The notes under the pieces were generated by a model. The model made no database searches. It was not told where the DNA came from and was given only the letters and a program-made list of their open reading frames with translations. A DNA stretch of 64,000 bases, from positions 4,245 to 68,244 of the forward strand of contig JAZBPS010000429.1 of assembly GCA_036353375.1 (NCBI GenBank), given 5' to 3'. Shown here one piece after another: positions 40,398 through 48,902 of the stretch (the stretch's first letter is position 1; every line of letters starts with the position of its first letter). The position numbers were made by a program, and so were the translations under genes. This DNA is from Halieaceae bacterium (GTDB lineage Bacteria; Pseudomonadota; Gammaproteobacteria; Pseudomonadales; Halieaceae).

Positions 40398-42854
40398 ATG
40401 ATGCTGAAACACGCAAGCCTCCCCCTGTTCCTCGCCGCCCTGGTGGCCTGTTCAGACGGCAACGACAGCTTTGTACCCGCAGAACCCCCGCCGGAGCCGC
40501 CCGTTGGCCCGGCCTTCAGCGCCGAGGTCAGGCGGACCGAATTTGGCATACCCCATGTCAGCGCCAGCGATTACGCCGGACTGGGCTACGGGATCGGGTA
40601 TGCCTATGCCCAGGACAATTTCTGTGTGGGCATGCGGGAAATCATATTCTCCATCGGCCGCTCGGCAGAGCTGCTGGGTGAAGACGAGGGCGACCTCAAT
40701 GCCGATCTGCTGTTTACCTACCTCACGGGTGACCGGGAGACCTTTGAGCGTGAGTTCATCGATCCGCTGCCCCAGCGGGTCAAGGACCTCAACGAGGGCT
40801 ACGCCGCGGGCTTCAACCGTTACCTTGAGGAAACCGGGGTAGACAACCTGGCTGAGGGTGACTTCGGCTGTCGCGGTGAAGACTGGGTCATGCCGGTCAA
40901 TGCCACGGACCTGTTCCTGTTGCAGCGCCGACAGGCCCTGCGGGGCAGCTCGGGCAACGGCACCTTTTCCAGCGCGATACTGGCCACGCGGGGACCGGAT
41001 GCGGCCAGCATGGCCAGCGTCACCGGCGCGGCAGTTGAACAAACGCGCCAGGCGTTTCGCCGGCTGGGCGAAACCCTGCGCAACCCGGATGAGGGCAGCA
41101 ACGCGCTGGCGGCCGGACGCGATATCACCCAGAACGGCCAGGCGATCCTGCTGGGTAATCCGCACCAGCCCTGGTTCGGTGAGGGCGCCTGGTACCAGGC
41201 ACACCTGACCATCCCCGGCGAGGTGGATGTCGCGGGCGCCGTGCTGCACGGCTTCCCCTACGTCGGTATCGGGTTTAACAAGGACGTGGCCTGGACCCAT
41301 ACGGTATCCATCGCCAACCGCTACAGCCTGTTCGAGCTGGACCTGGTAGACGACAACCCGCTGCAGTACGTCTACGACGGGGAAGTGCGCGATATCGTGC
41401 CGGTCGAGGTGACGGTGAAATCCCGGCAGGCCGACGGCAGCGTGATAGACGTCAGCAAGACCTTCTACGAATCGCACCTGGGCCCGATTGTTAACTTCGG
41501 CAGCCTGAGCCCGCTGCTGGACGGCTGGCCTCTGGTAACCGGCACCGTTCTCGCCTTTCGCGATGCCAACCTGGACACCGGCCTGCGCGGCAGTGACCAG
41601 TGGCTGGTAAAGGCGCAGGCTGCCAACCTCGATGAATACATCGACGCTATCAGCGCCATCGGCAACCCGGTGTTCCACGAGATTGCCGCCGACCGCAACG
41701 GTGAGGCCTTCTACGGCGATATCTCAGCGATGCCCAACATCACCCAGGAGAAAATCGATACCTGCCTGACACCGCTGATCGGTCGCACCCTGGCCGACGC
41801 GACCACCAATGTGCTGGTGACTCTGGATGGCAGCACCTCGGACTGCAACTGGGGCACAGACGCAGACGCACCGGAGGGTTCCAACCTGTTCGGGCCGGGC
41901 TCACTGCCGCAGCTACGCACCTTCGACTACGTCGGCAACAGCAACAACAGCTACTGGCTGTCTGATGCCAACAATCCGCTGACCGGCTTTCCCACCACCA
42001 TGGGCCCGGTAGGTCACGAGGGCCTGCAGCAGTTCCTGCGCACGCGTATCGGCCACATCGCTGTGGAGCAAAGGCGCCAGGCCACTGACGGCATCAGCGA
42101 CACCCCGCTGTTCGACCTGGCCACGGTGAAGGACTACATGTACAACAATCGCGTCTACGGTGCCGAAATCACCATGAGCGATGTACAGGCTATCTGCCAG
42201 GATCCGGCCGCCGCCGGCGTCCAGGACGCCTGTAACGTGCTGGCCGCCTGGGATATGAAGGTTGACCTGGACAGCCGCGGCGCCCAGGTATGGAAAGAAT
42301 TCTGGAACCAGATTCGCAGCGAATTGGGCAACAGCTTTCAGAACGTGGTGGACAGCGACGAGTTCTGGGCCGTGGACTTCGATCCGGCAGACCCCCTGAA
42401 TACGCCCGCTGGTATAGACACCAGCGTCCCCGCCAACGTGGATCGCGTAATCGCCGCACTGGCCACCGCCACCCAGCGCCTGCAGGACAACAATGTTGCC
42501 CTGGATGCACCCTGGGGCGAGGTGCAGTTCCTGGAGCGCAACGGCGAGAATGTGCCTATTCACGGGGGACAAGGGACCCTGGGTATTTACGGCGCCATCA
42601 GCTCGCGGCTCAGCGATGGGGGCTACCGCAACCCCAACAGCGGCAACAGCTACATCCAGGTTGTCACCTGGGACGAAACGGATTGCCCCATTGCCGATGT
42701 GATCCTGGTGCCCAGCCAGTCCACCGATCCGGCGTCTCCCCACTTCGCCGACCAGACGCGTCTGTACTCCAACAAGGAGTGGGTGCGCTTCCCCTTCTGC
42801 GAGGCCGACATTGAAGCCGCACAAATCGGCGAAACCCTGGTACTGGAGGAGTAA
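40398..42854 (+). CDS. Ntn-hydrolase penicillin/AHL acylase family lipoprotein
   Basis: Lipobox LVAC; alpha-subunit motif FGIPHV...GYGIGYAYAQDNFC; putative autoprocessing site G/SNALAAG followed by GNPHQPW; 818 aa. Confidence 0.8.
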   Translation: MMLKHASLPLFLAALVACSDGNDSFVPAEPPPEPPVGPAFSAEVRRTEFGIPHVSASDYAGLGYGIGYAYAQDNFCVGMREIIFSIGRSAELLGEDEGDLNADLLFTYLTGDRETFEREFIDPLPQRVKDLNEGYAAGFNRYLEETGVDNLAEGDFGCRGEDWVMPVNATDLFLLQRRQALRGSSGNGTFSSAILATRGPDAASMASVTGAAVEQTRQAFRRLGETLRNPDEGSNALAAGRDITQNGQAILLGNPHQPWFGEGAWYQAHLTIPGEVDVAGAVLHGFPYVGIGFNKDVAWTHTVSIANRYSLFELDLVDDNPLQYVYDGEVRDIVPVEVTVKSRQADGSVIDVSKTFYESHLGPIVNFGSLSPLLDGWPLVTGTVLAFRDANLDTGLRGSDQWLVKAQAANLDEYIDAISAIGNPVFHEIAADRNGEAFYGDISAMPNITQEKIDTCLTPLIGRTLADATTNVLVTLDGSTSDCNWGTDADAPEGSNLFGPGSLPQLRTFDYVGNSNNSYWLSDANNPLTGFPTTMGPVGHEGLQQFLRTRIGHIAVEQRRQATDGISDTPLFDLATVKDYMYNNRVYGAEITMSDVQAICQDPAAAGVQDACNVLAAWDMKVDLDSRGAQVWKEFWNQIRSELGNSFQNVVDSDEFWAVDFDPADPLNTPAGIDTSVPANVDRVIAALATATQRLQDNNVALDAPWGEVQFLERNGENVPIHGGQGTLGIYGAISSRLSDGGYRNPNSGNSYIQVVTWDETDCPIADVILVPSQSTDPASPHFADQTRLYSNKEWVRFPFCEADIEAAQIGETLVLEE

Positions 42855-42863
42855 GGCATCGTC

Positions 42864-44276
42864 GTGGCGGCACCGGATAGCCTGGACCAGGGCGCCTTTG
42901 AACAGCAGTGCCTGGACGGCATACACGCCTGGGTGAGGGAACACCTGGGCGGTACTGTGCTGGACGTCCAGCGGCTGGAGCGCTGGCGGCCACAGTGGAA
43001 GGTCCGCTATGAAGCAGCGGGCGTCGAGCACGCTGTGCTGTTTCGCGGTGACCGTCCCATCGCCGGCAAGCACGACCTGCGATTCGAAATGGACGTGATG
43101 CAGGTGCTGGAGGCCAACGGCATCAAGGTCCCGCATATCCACGGCTGGGTGGATACGCCCAAGGCCTTCGTGATGGATTGGGTGGAAACCGAGGACCGTG
43201 CGCCCGGCATGCTGCACACGGCCATTGAGAACCCCTCCACCCTCAGCGACGAGCGCTGGCAGGCGATGCTTGGCTACATGGAGCATCTGGCTGCATTGCA
43301 CGCAGTACCCGTGTCTGCGTTCTCCCATATACGGCGCCTGTCCAACCCGCCCTCGACACCGCGGGAGATTGCGCTGGCAGCACCGGAGAACATGTACGCC
43401 TACGCCCAGCGGGCCGGGGAAGTCGATACCACGTTCCAGTTCCTGCAGATGTGGCTGCGGCGCAACGTGCCCGAACACCGCACCGAGGCCCGGTTCATCG
43501 CCGGCGATGCCGGGCAATTCATGTCCGCCGGTACCGAGGTGCTGGCGCTGCTGGATTTCGAGATCGCCAACATTGGCGACACACACTGGGACCTCGCCTG
43601 CTTCCGCGGCCGCCACCCCTACGAGAACATGGGAGATATTCCCGCGCTGTACCGACGCTACGCCGAAGTCACCGGCGAGCCTGTGGACCTGCGCGTGGTG
43701 GGTTACCACACCGTGGGTTTCCTGCAGCTCTCGGGGATTGCCGCGAAGTTTTTCATGCTGCCGGAGGTGCGCGGTGCCAACTGGATAGAGGGCATGCTGG
43801 AGGTGGCCAGTATTTCACGCCGTGCCTATGAAGCCGTTGCGGAGCTTGAGGCTATTCCCCTCGCCTACGACCTGCAGTTGCCGGAACAGCCGGTGATCAA
43901 GCCCTGGGAGGACAGTGGGCTCAGAAAGCTGATGGCCGATATTGAGCGACTGCCCACCTCCACAGCCTTCGAGCCCTGGGAGCGTGACCTGTTGCACGCG
44001 ATCCCCGCCTTCCTGTTAAACCACGCGCGCTATCGCGATTGGTTCGAGGCGGAAACGGTGGCCGATATCACAGCTCTTACCGGCGAGCCCTATCACAACC
44101 TGATCGAGGCCGACGCCGCGCTATCCCGCCTCATTGATGCAAATGACGCGGCGATGGATGCAGACCTGGTGCCCATGATGCACCGCCGTACCCTGCGGCT
44201 TTCCATGATTATCGCCGGCACCAGCTACGATGCCGGCAACCCGCTGTTTCACAAGCTGGACCCTATTCTCGGCTAG
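42864..44276 (+). CDS. Phosphotransferase (APH/kinase-like fold) family protein with a degenerate catalytic loop
   Basis: LLDFEIANIGDTHWDLA matches the APH-family DxE/activation segment. The expected HGDxxxxN loop reads IAGDAGQFM. Extra ~170-aa helical C-terminus. GTG start 9 nt after the acylase stop. Confidence 0.55.
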   Translation: MAAPDSLDQGAFEQQCLDGIHAWVREHLGGTVLDVQRLERWRPQWKVRYEAAGVEHAVLFRGDRPIAGKHDLRFEMDVMQVLEANGIKVPHIHGWVDTPKAFVMDWVETEDRAPGMLHTAIENPSTLSDERWQAMLGYMEHLAALHAVPVSAFSHIRRLSNPPSTPREIALAAPENMYAYAQRAGEVDTTFQFLQMWLRRNVPEHRTEARFIAGDAGQFMSAGTEVLALLDFEIANIGDTHWDLACFRGRHPYENMGDIPALYRRYAEVTGEPVDLRVVGYHTVGFLQLSGIAAKFFMLPEVRGANWIEGMLEVASISRRAYEAVAELEAIPLAYDLQLPEQPVIKPWEDSGLRKLMADIERLPTSTAFEPWERDLLHAIPAFLLNHARYRDWFEAETVADITALTGEPYHNLIEADAALSRLIDANDAAMDADLVPMMHRRTLRLSMIIAGTSYDAGNPLFHKLDPILG

Positions 44277-44623
44277 CAGCCACCTCGTTCCTCCAGGTAG
44301 CGAACAAACACCAGCATGGCGTTCATGTCGCCGTGGTCCCGCTGCTGGCTTTCAAGATACGCCAGCAGCGCGTCTACCTGAAACAGTTCCCGGGGTGCCT
44401 TGCAGTAGACCGGATGGAGATGATCGGTCTGCTCCTGCAGGCTGGCGATCAAGTCAAAGCCGCCGCCCAGGTAGGCCTGCACCCAGGGCAGTGCTGCGCA
44501 GGGCTGCTGTGCGGCCTCGCAGGCGCGAAACAGCTCTGAGACCGTCAGGGACATCGCCTGTTGCGGTGCCAACCATGCCAGGCTTATTACCAGAGCAATA
44601 AAAGTCTGTTTACGAGCGTGCAT
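44273..44623 (-). CDS. Small exported Cys-containing protein, Rap1a/Tai4-like pattern
   Basis: 116 aa with a signal peptide (FIALVISLAWLAPQQAMS). Pattern ELFRACE..QQPC...AYLGGGFD...VYC.....Q.DALLAYLE......MNAMLVFVRYLEERGGC resembles Rap1a/Tai4 periplasmic immunity proteins as I recall them. Confidence 0.4.
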   Translation of the reverse strand: MHARKQTFIALVISLAWLAPQQAMSLTVSELFRACEAAQQPCAALPWVQAYLGGGFDLIASLQEQTDHLHPVYCKAPRELFQVDALLAYLESQQRDHGDMNAMLVFVRYLEERGGC

Positions 44624-44704
44624 ATTTGCTCCTTGTTAAATTAAAACAGCAATGTATTATTGTTTTACTTGATTTTCAAGCCGATGCGGCTTTCGGAGGT
44701 ATGT

Positions 44705-45226
44705 ATGACACGCAAACTCGCCGGGCTGGTCTGCTGGCTGGCTAACCTGTGGATTGTGATGCTGCCCGTGGCAGTGCTTTACACTGCGGTGGATTTCAAC
44801 TTGTTCCAGGGGCTCGCACGGGAAAAGCTAACCCTCGCCATACAATGGTCTACCGTTGCACACTGGCAGTGGTTGGCACTATGGCTCCTGACGGTGGCCT
44901 ACCTGGGGATAGGCTACCTTGGGGTAATCAATCTGCGCTGCGCCTTTGTGAGCTTTGCCAGGGGCCAATGGTTTAACGCCGACAACAGCCGGTACCTGCG
45001 CGCCTTCTCCCTGTTACTGATTGCCCAGGCCTGCGCCAAACCCGTGCATCATGCCCTCGCCAGCGTGCTGCTCTCCTGGCAACACGCCCCCGGCACTCGC
45101 ATACTCTCTATCGCTTTTGACAGCGATACGCTGGTGTTACTGGCCAGCGGTCTGGTGATGTGGGTTATGTCCGACTTGCTGGTGGTGGGGATGCGGGCAG
45201 ATGCCGAAAACAAGCAGTTTGTCTGA
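44705..45226 (+). CDS. DUF2975-like four-TM membrane protein
   Basis: ATG 44705 with GGAGG (44695-44699). Four hydrophobic segments and a C-terminal ...ADAENKQFV tail resembling the DUF2975 E-N-x-L/F-T/V end. Followed by a mini-HTH gene. Confidence 0.6.
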   Translation: MTRKLAGLVCWLANLWIVMLPVAVLYTAVDFNLFQGLAREKLTLAIQWSTVAHWQWLALWLLTVAYLGIGYLGVINLRCAFVSFARGQWFNADNSRYLRAFSLLLIAQACAKPVHHALASVLLSWQHAPGTRILSIAFDSDTLVLLASGLVMWVMSDLLVVGMRADAENKQFV

Positions 45227-45238
45227 ACGTTCTTTCAC

Positions 45239-45439
45239 ATGATCAAGTTGCGTCTGGACGTGCTCATGGCGGAGCGCAAGGTCACCGGCAAGGAGCTGGC
45301 AACTGCTGTCGGCATTACCGAACAGAACCTGTCTTTACTGCGCACCGGCAAGGTAAAGGGGGTTCGCTTCAGCACCCTGGATGCCATCTGCCGGGAGCTT
45401 CAGTGTCAGCCCGGGGACATTATTGTTTACGAGGCCTGA
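45239..45439 (+). CDS. XRE/Cro-type helix-turn-helix transcriptional regulator (YozG-like, 66 aa)
   Basis: IKLRLDVLMAERKVTGKELATAVGITEQNLSLLRTGKVKGVRFSTLDAICRELQCQPGDII is the canonical short HTH_26/YozG pattern. Confidence 0.85.
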   Translation: MIKLRLDVLMAERKVTGKELATAVGITEQNLSLLRTGKVKGVRFSTLDAICRELQCQPGDIIVYEA

Positions 45440-45466
45440 GACGCTGCACTGTCTTGAGCCGCAGTA

Positions 45467-46087
45467 CTAGGGTTTGATGGCGACGTAGGCGCCCGCGCCC
45501 ACCAGCGCTGCGCCTGCGACCTTAGGCAGCACGGTGGCGCCCCTGCTTTGCGCCAGGGACGCCGCCATGCGCCGGGCAGTAACGGCATAAAACACCTTGG
45601 CGCTGCCCACCGCCAGCACGGTAATGGCAATGATTGCGGACAGGTCCCGGACATCGGTGGCCGCAGGGTCAATGAACATCGGCAACAGGCTCAGGTAAAA
45701 GAAGATTGCCTTGACGTCTCCGAGGGTGAGCGCAAAACCTGCCAACAGGCTGGTCAGCAGCTGGGCCTTTCCGGTGTTACGCGGTGTCGGTGAGACCCCC
45801 TGCGGCGAGTGCCGCAATAAAGACCATCCCAGCCAGATCAGGTAGGCCGCACCGATAAGCCGCAACAACAAAAACCAGCCGCCCAGGATTTCGGCGACAG
45901 CCGCGAGACCCAGTATCGCGAGCAACAGGAACGTCAGGTCTCCCGCCACAATTCCCACGCCCGCCGCAATGCCGTGATGCACGCCGTGGGTCACAGAGCG
46001 CGCAATGACCAGCGCAACGCTGGCACTGGGCAGCAGCGCCAGCACCAGCATGGCCCCGAACAACAAAACACCATCAGCAATCGTCAT
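45467..46087 (-). CDS. LysE/RhtB family amino-acid exporter
   Basis: 206 aa, six TM, typical LPSASVALV and GDVKAIFFY segments. ATG 46087 lies 4 nt after the amidase stop. Confidence 0.8.
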   Translation of the reverse strand: MTIADGVLLFGAMLVLALLPSASVALVIARSVTHGVHHGIAAGVGIVAGDLTFLLLAILGLAAVAEILGGWFLLLRLIGAAYLIWLGWSLLRHSPQGVSPTPRNTGKAQLLTSLLAGFALTLGDVKAIFFYLSLLPMFIDPAATDVRDLSAIIAITVLAVGSAKVFYAVTARRMAASLAQSRGATVLPKVAGAALVGAGAYVAIKP

Positions 46088-46091
46088 CGCA

Positions 46092-47621
46092 CTAACCTGC
46101 GGAATCCAGTGCAGGCACCCGGTCAAACCAGGGCGCCGCAGTTTCCAGTTGGCCCGCCAGTCGGAACAGCGTTGTTTCATCACCGTAGGGCGCAGCAAAC
46201 ATAACGCCTACCGGCAGACCGTCTTCCGTCCAGTGCAGGGGCACCGACATGGCCGGCTGACCAGTGGCGTTGTACAACATGGTAAAGGCAGACGCATGCA
46301 CTGCCTCCCGCTCAAAATCCGCCACGGGCTGGTTCAGGCTCATCTTGCCCAACAGGGGAGGCGGTACCGCCATGGTGGGGGACAACAACACATCGTAGGT
46401 TTCATGAACCCGCGCCAGGATTCTCGCGGTCGCTTCAAGCACCGTGCGAGCACGGGCCAGTTGCTCGCCGGTAATCCCTTTGTTGCGCTGATAGTAATGC
46501 CAGGTCAGGGGCTCTAGGTCACTTTCTGTTACCACGCGACCCAGCTGCCTCTCCCGGTTCTGCACCCGCAGCACATTACCTACCCCCATCACGGTACCGG
46601 TGGCACTGAAAAAGTCACGCGGGTCCACCGGCAGCGTCACACTCTCGATCTCGTGGCCCAGATCCTTGCACAGCAGCGCCGTACGATTGACTGCTTCCTC
46701 ACAGGCAGCATGCACCGGCGTCTGTGTTACCGGCCGGGTGAGCACGCCAATGCGAAGGGAACCGGGCGGGCGTTGCACAGCCTGCAGATAGGCTGTCTCG
46801 GGTGCCGGCGCTATCAGGGTCTGCCCCGGTTCCGGTCCACGGGTGGCATCCAGCAGGGCCGCGCTGTCCCGCACGCTGCGCGTGACGGCATGCAGCACAC
46901 TCATATCCGAGGACAGCACGCGCGGGCCGTGCGGCGTGCGCCCGCGGCTGGGCTTCAGGCCAAAAAGCCCACAGCAGCTCGCCGGAATCCGAATAGACCC
47001 GCCTCCGTCACTGGCGTTCGCCAGGGGCAGGATGCCCGCCGCCACAGCAGCGGCGGAACCGCCAGACGACCCGCCCGCGCTGTGCGCCAGATTCCAGGGG
47101 TTGCGGGTGTCGCCGAACAACATCGACTCGGTGGTGGCGGTACCGCCGAACTCGGGGCTGGCAGACTTGCCCATGATCACCAGGCCGGCCTGCTCATAGC
47201 GATTCACCAGGGTGCTGGTGTAGTCCGCCACGTAGTCCTTGTAAAAGCGAGACCCCTGGGTAGTAACCGTACCCTCCAGCGCCATGCCCAGGTCCTTCAG
47301 CAGGAAGGGAACGCCCGTGAAAGGCCCTTTGGGAAGCGGCTGCTTCACAGCTGCGCGCGCCCGGTCATACAACTGCTCGACGATGGCATTGATGGCCGGG
47401 TTTACCGCCTGCGCCCGCAAAATCGCCATTTCCAGCACTTCCGCTGCAGTAACCTCCCCCTTCCGTACCAGTTGCGCAAGGGCGAGCCCATCCCGGCTGC
47501 GATACTCATCAAAGCTCATGGCACCGCGAGAGGCCAGCGAGGGCATCGACGGCAGGCCCAGCAGTGTGGCAGCCGCCACACTGTTCTTGAGGAAGCGACG
47601 GCGATTCATACTGCGCTGCAT
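46092..47621 (-). CDS. Amidase-signature family hydrolase with a Tat signal peptide
   Basis: N-terminal RRRFLKNSVAAATLLG...ASRG; amidase signature GGSSGGSAAAVAAG and SDGGGSIRIPAS. Start may be ATG 47609. Confidence 0.85.
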   Translation of the reverse strand: MQRSMNRRRFLKNSVAAATLLGLPSMPSLASRGAMSFDEYRSRDGLALAQLVRKGEVTAAEVLEMAILRAQAVNPAINAIVEQLYDRARAAVKQPLPKGPFTGVPFLLKDLGMALEGTVTTQGSRFYKDYVADYTSTLVNRYEQAGLVIMGKSASPEFGGTATTESMLFGDTRNPWNLAHSAGGSSGGSAAAVAAGILPLANASDGGGSIRIPASCCGLFGLKPSRGRTPHGPRVLSSDMSVLHAVTRSVRDSAALLDATRGPEPGQTLIAPAPETAYLQAVQRPPGSLRIGVLTRPVTQTPVHAACEEAVNRTALLCKDLGHEIESVTLPVDPRDFFSATGTVMGVGNVLRVQNRERQLGRVVTESDLEPLTWHYYQRNKGITGEQLARARTVLEATARILARVHETYDVLLSPTMAVPPPLLGKMSLNQPVADFEREAVHASAFTMLYNATGQPAMSVPLHWTEDGLPVGVMFAAPYGDETTLFRLAGQLETAAPWFDRVPALDSAG

Positions 47622-47765
47622 GCTGAGGTACTCCAGAGTTTCGTCAGACGGGAGAGCCTACCAGCCCCGGTGAGCCTGCCAGAAGCACCCGCGGCCAACT
47701 CGACGCGCGGGTCAGGGCAAAGCGACCGACAGTTCTACTTTTCAGCCTGTCGACCGTTCGCCGGC

Positions 47766-48902
47766 CTAGCGCACAGCGTCAATGGCAGCCTCGATAATCG
47801 GGATTAACTCGTCCCGCACGCCGCCGCTGCCGCGACCACCCTGGGCACCCGTGTATTCCTCGAAAAACACAACGCCCGCGTAGCCACGCGCCGTGTCCAG
47901 CCATGAGATAGAGCCATAGAAGCCCGCGTCGGTGAACAGTGTCACCGGACCATCACCCTCACGCGGCTCCAGCCACCAGCCCATGCCGTAGCCACTGCCG
48001 TCATCCGGATCTTCCGTCAGCGGTCGGCGCATGGAGGCCACGCTCTCCGGGCTGAGAACGCGCGTGTCGCCGCAGACACCGTCATTCAGGTGCACAGCCA
48101 GCAATTTGGCGTAATCATCGAGGTTGCTCATCATGCCGCCCTCGGGATTGGCATTCTCACGACCGACCAGGCTCTCGGGCATACCGTCGAACTGCTCCGC
48201 CAGCGACAGGTTGTTGCCATAAGTGGCGATCTCCAGCCCGCAGGGCGCAGCGATGTATTCGTCCCAGAGCTGGTTCCAGGTGCCGCCGCCAACGATCTCT
48301 GCCACCGCGCCGGACAAATGCCACTGGCTGCCACCGTAATCAAACGCCGTGCCGGCCGGTGTGCTTTCCAGCCCCGGCAGGGGCGAGGTGAAAATCGTTT
48401 CCGCACAACCCTGCAGCGTGCCGAAGGGCAGAAACTGGCACAGGTGCGGCCCGTAGGACGCCTGGTCCAGAAAAAGATTGGCCAGCCCCGGGATGCCCGA
48501 CCGATTCGACACCAGGTGCTCTGTGGTAATCGCCGGGTCCCAGACACCCAGCCACGGCAGGTAATTGGCTATCGGTGTGTTGATATCAAAGTCGACATTC
48601 GCGTCATCGTCATGCAATGCCATCAGCAACATCACCGAAGGCACTTTGCTGGTGGAGGCCAGCAGCACCAGGCTGTCTTCCGTCTGGTTTCCGAACGCGG
48701 CCTTGTGTACTACGCCCAGCTCGCGATCCACAATCACGTAGGAGCCTCCTGGAAAGGCGTCTTCAGTACTGACAAACTCCGTCATCCACGCGTCTGCCGC
48801 TGACAGGTCGGGCAGCAGCGGCGCAGGTACGAAGGTATCGTTCGAGTCGCCACAACCGGCGACCAGCAGCAGGCAGGCACCTGCCAGAAAAGCGTGTTTC
48901 AT
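47766..48902 (-). CDS. Serine hydrolase (beta-lactamase/PBP4*-like fold) lipoprotein
   Basis: Lipobox LVAGC; SxxK motif ASTSKVPS. ATG 48902; the track start at 49010 is an upstream extension. Confidence 0.75.
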   Translation of the reverse strand: MKHAFLAGACLLLVAGCGDSNDTFVPAPLLPDLSAADAWMTEFVSTEDAFPGGSYVIVDRELGVVHKAAFGNQTEDSLVLLASTSKVPSVMLLMALHDDDANVDFDINTPIANYLPWLGVWDPAITTEHLVSNRSGIPGLANLFLDQASYGPHLCQFLPFGTLQGCAETIFTSPLPGLESTPAGTAFDYGGSQWHLSGAVAEIVGGGTWNQLWDEYIAAPCGLEIATYGNNLSLAEQFDGMPESLVGRENANPEGGMMSNLDDYAKLLAVHLNDGVCGDTRVLSPESVASMRRPLTEDPDDGSGYGMGWWLEPREGDGPVTLFTDAGFYGSISWLDTARGYAGVVFFEEYTGAQGGRGSGGVRDELIPIIEAAIDAVR

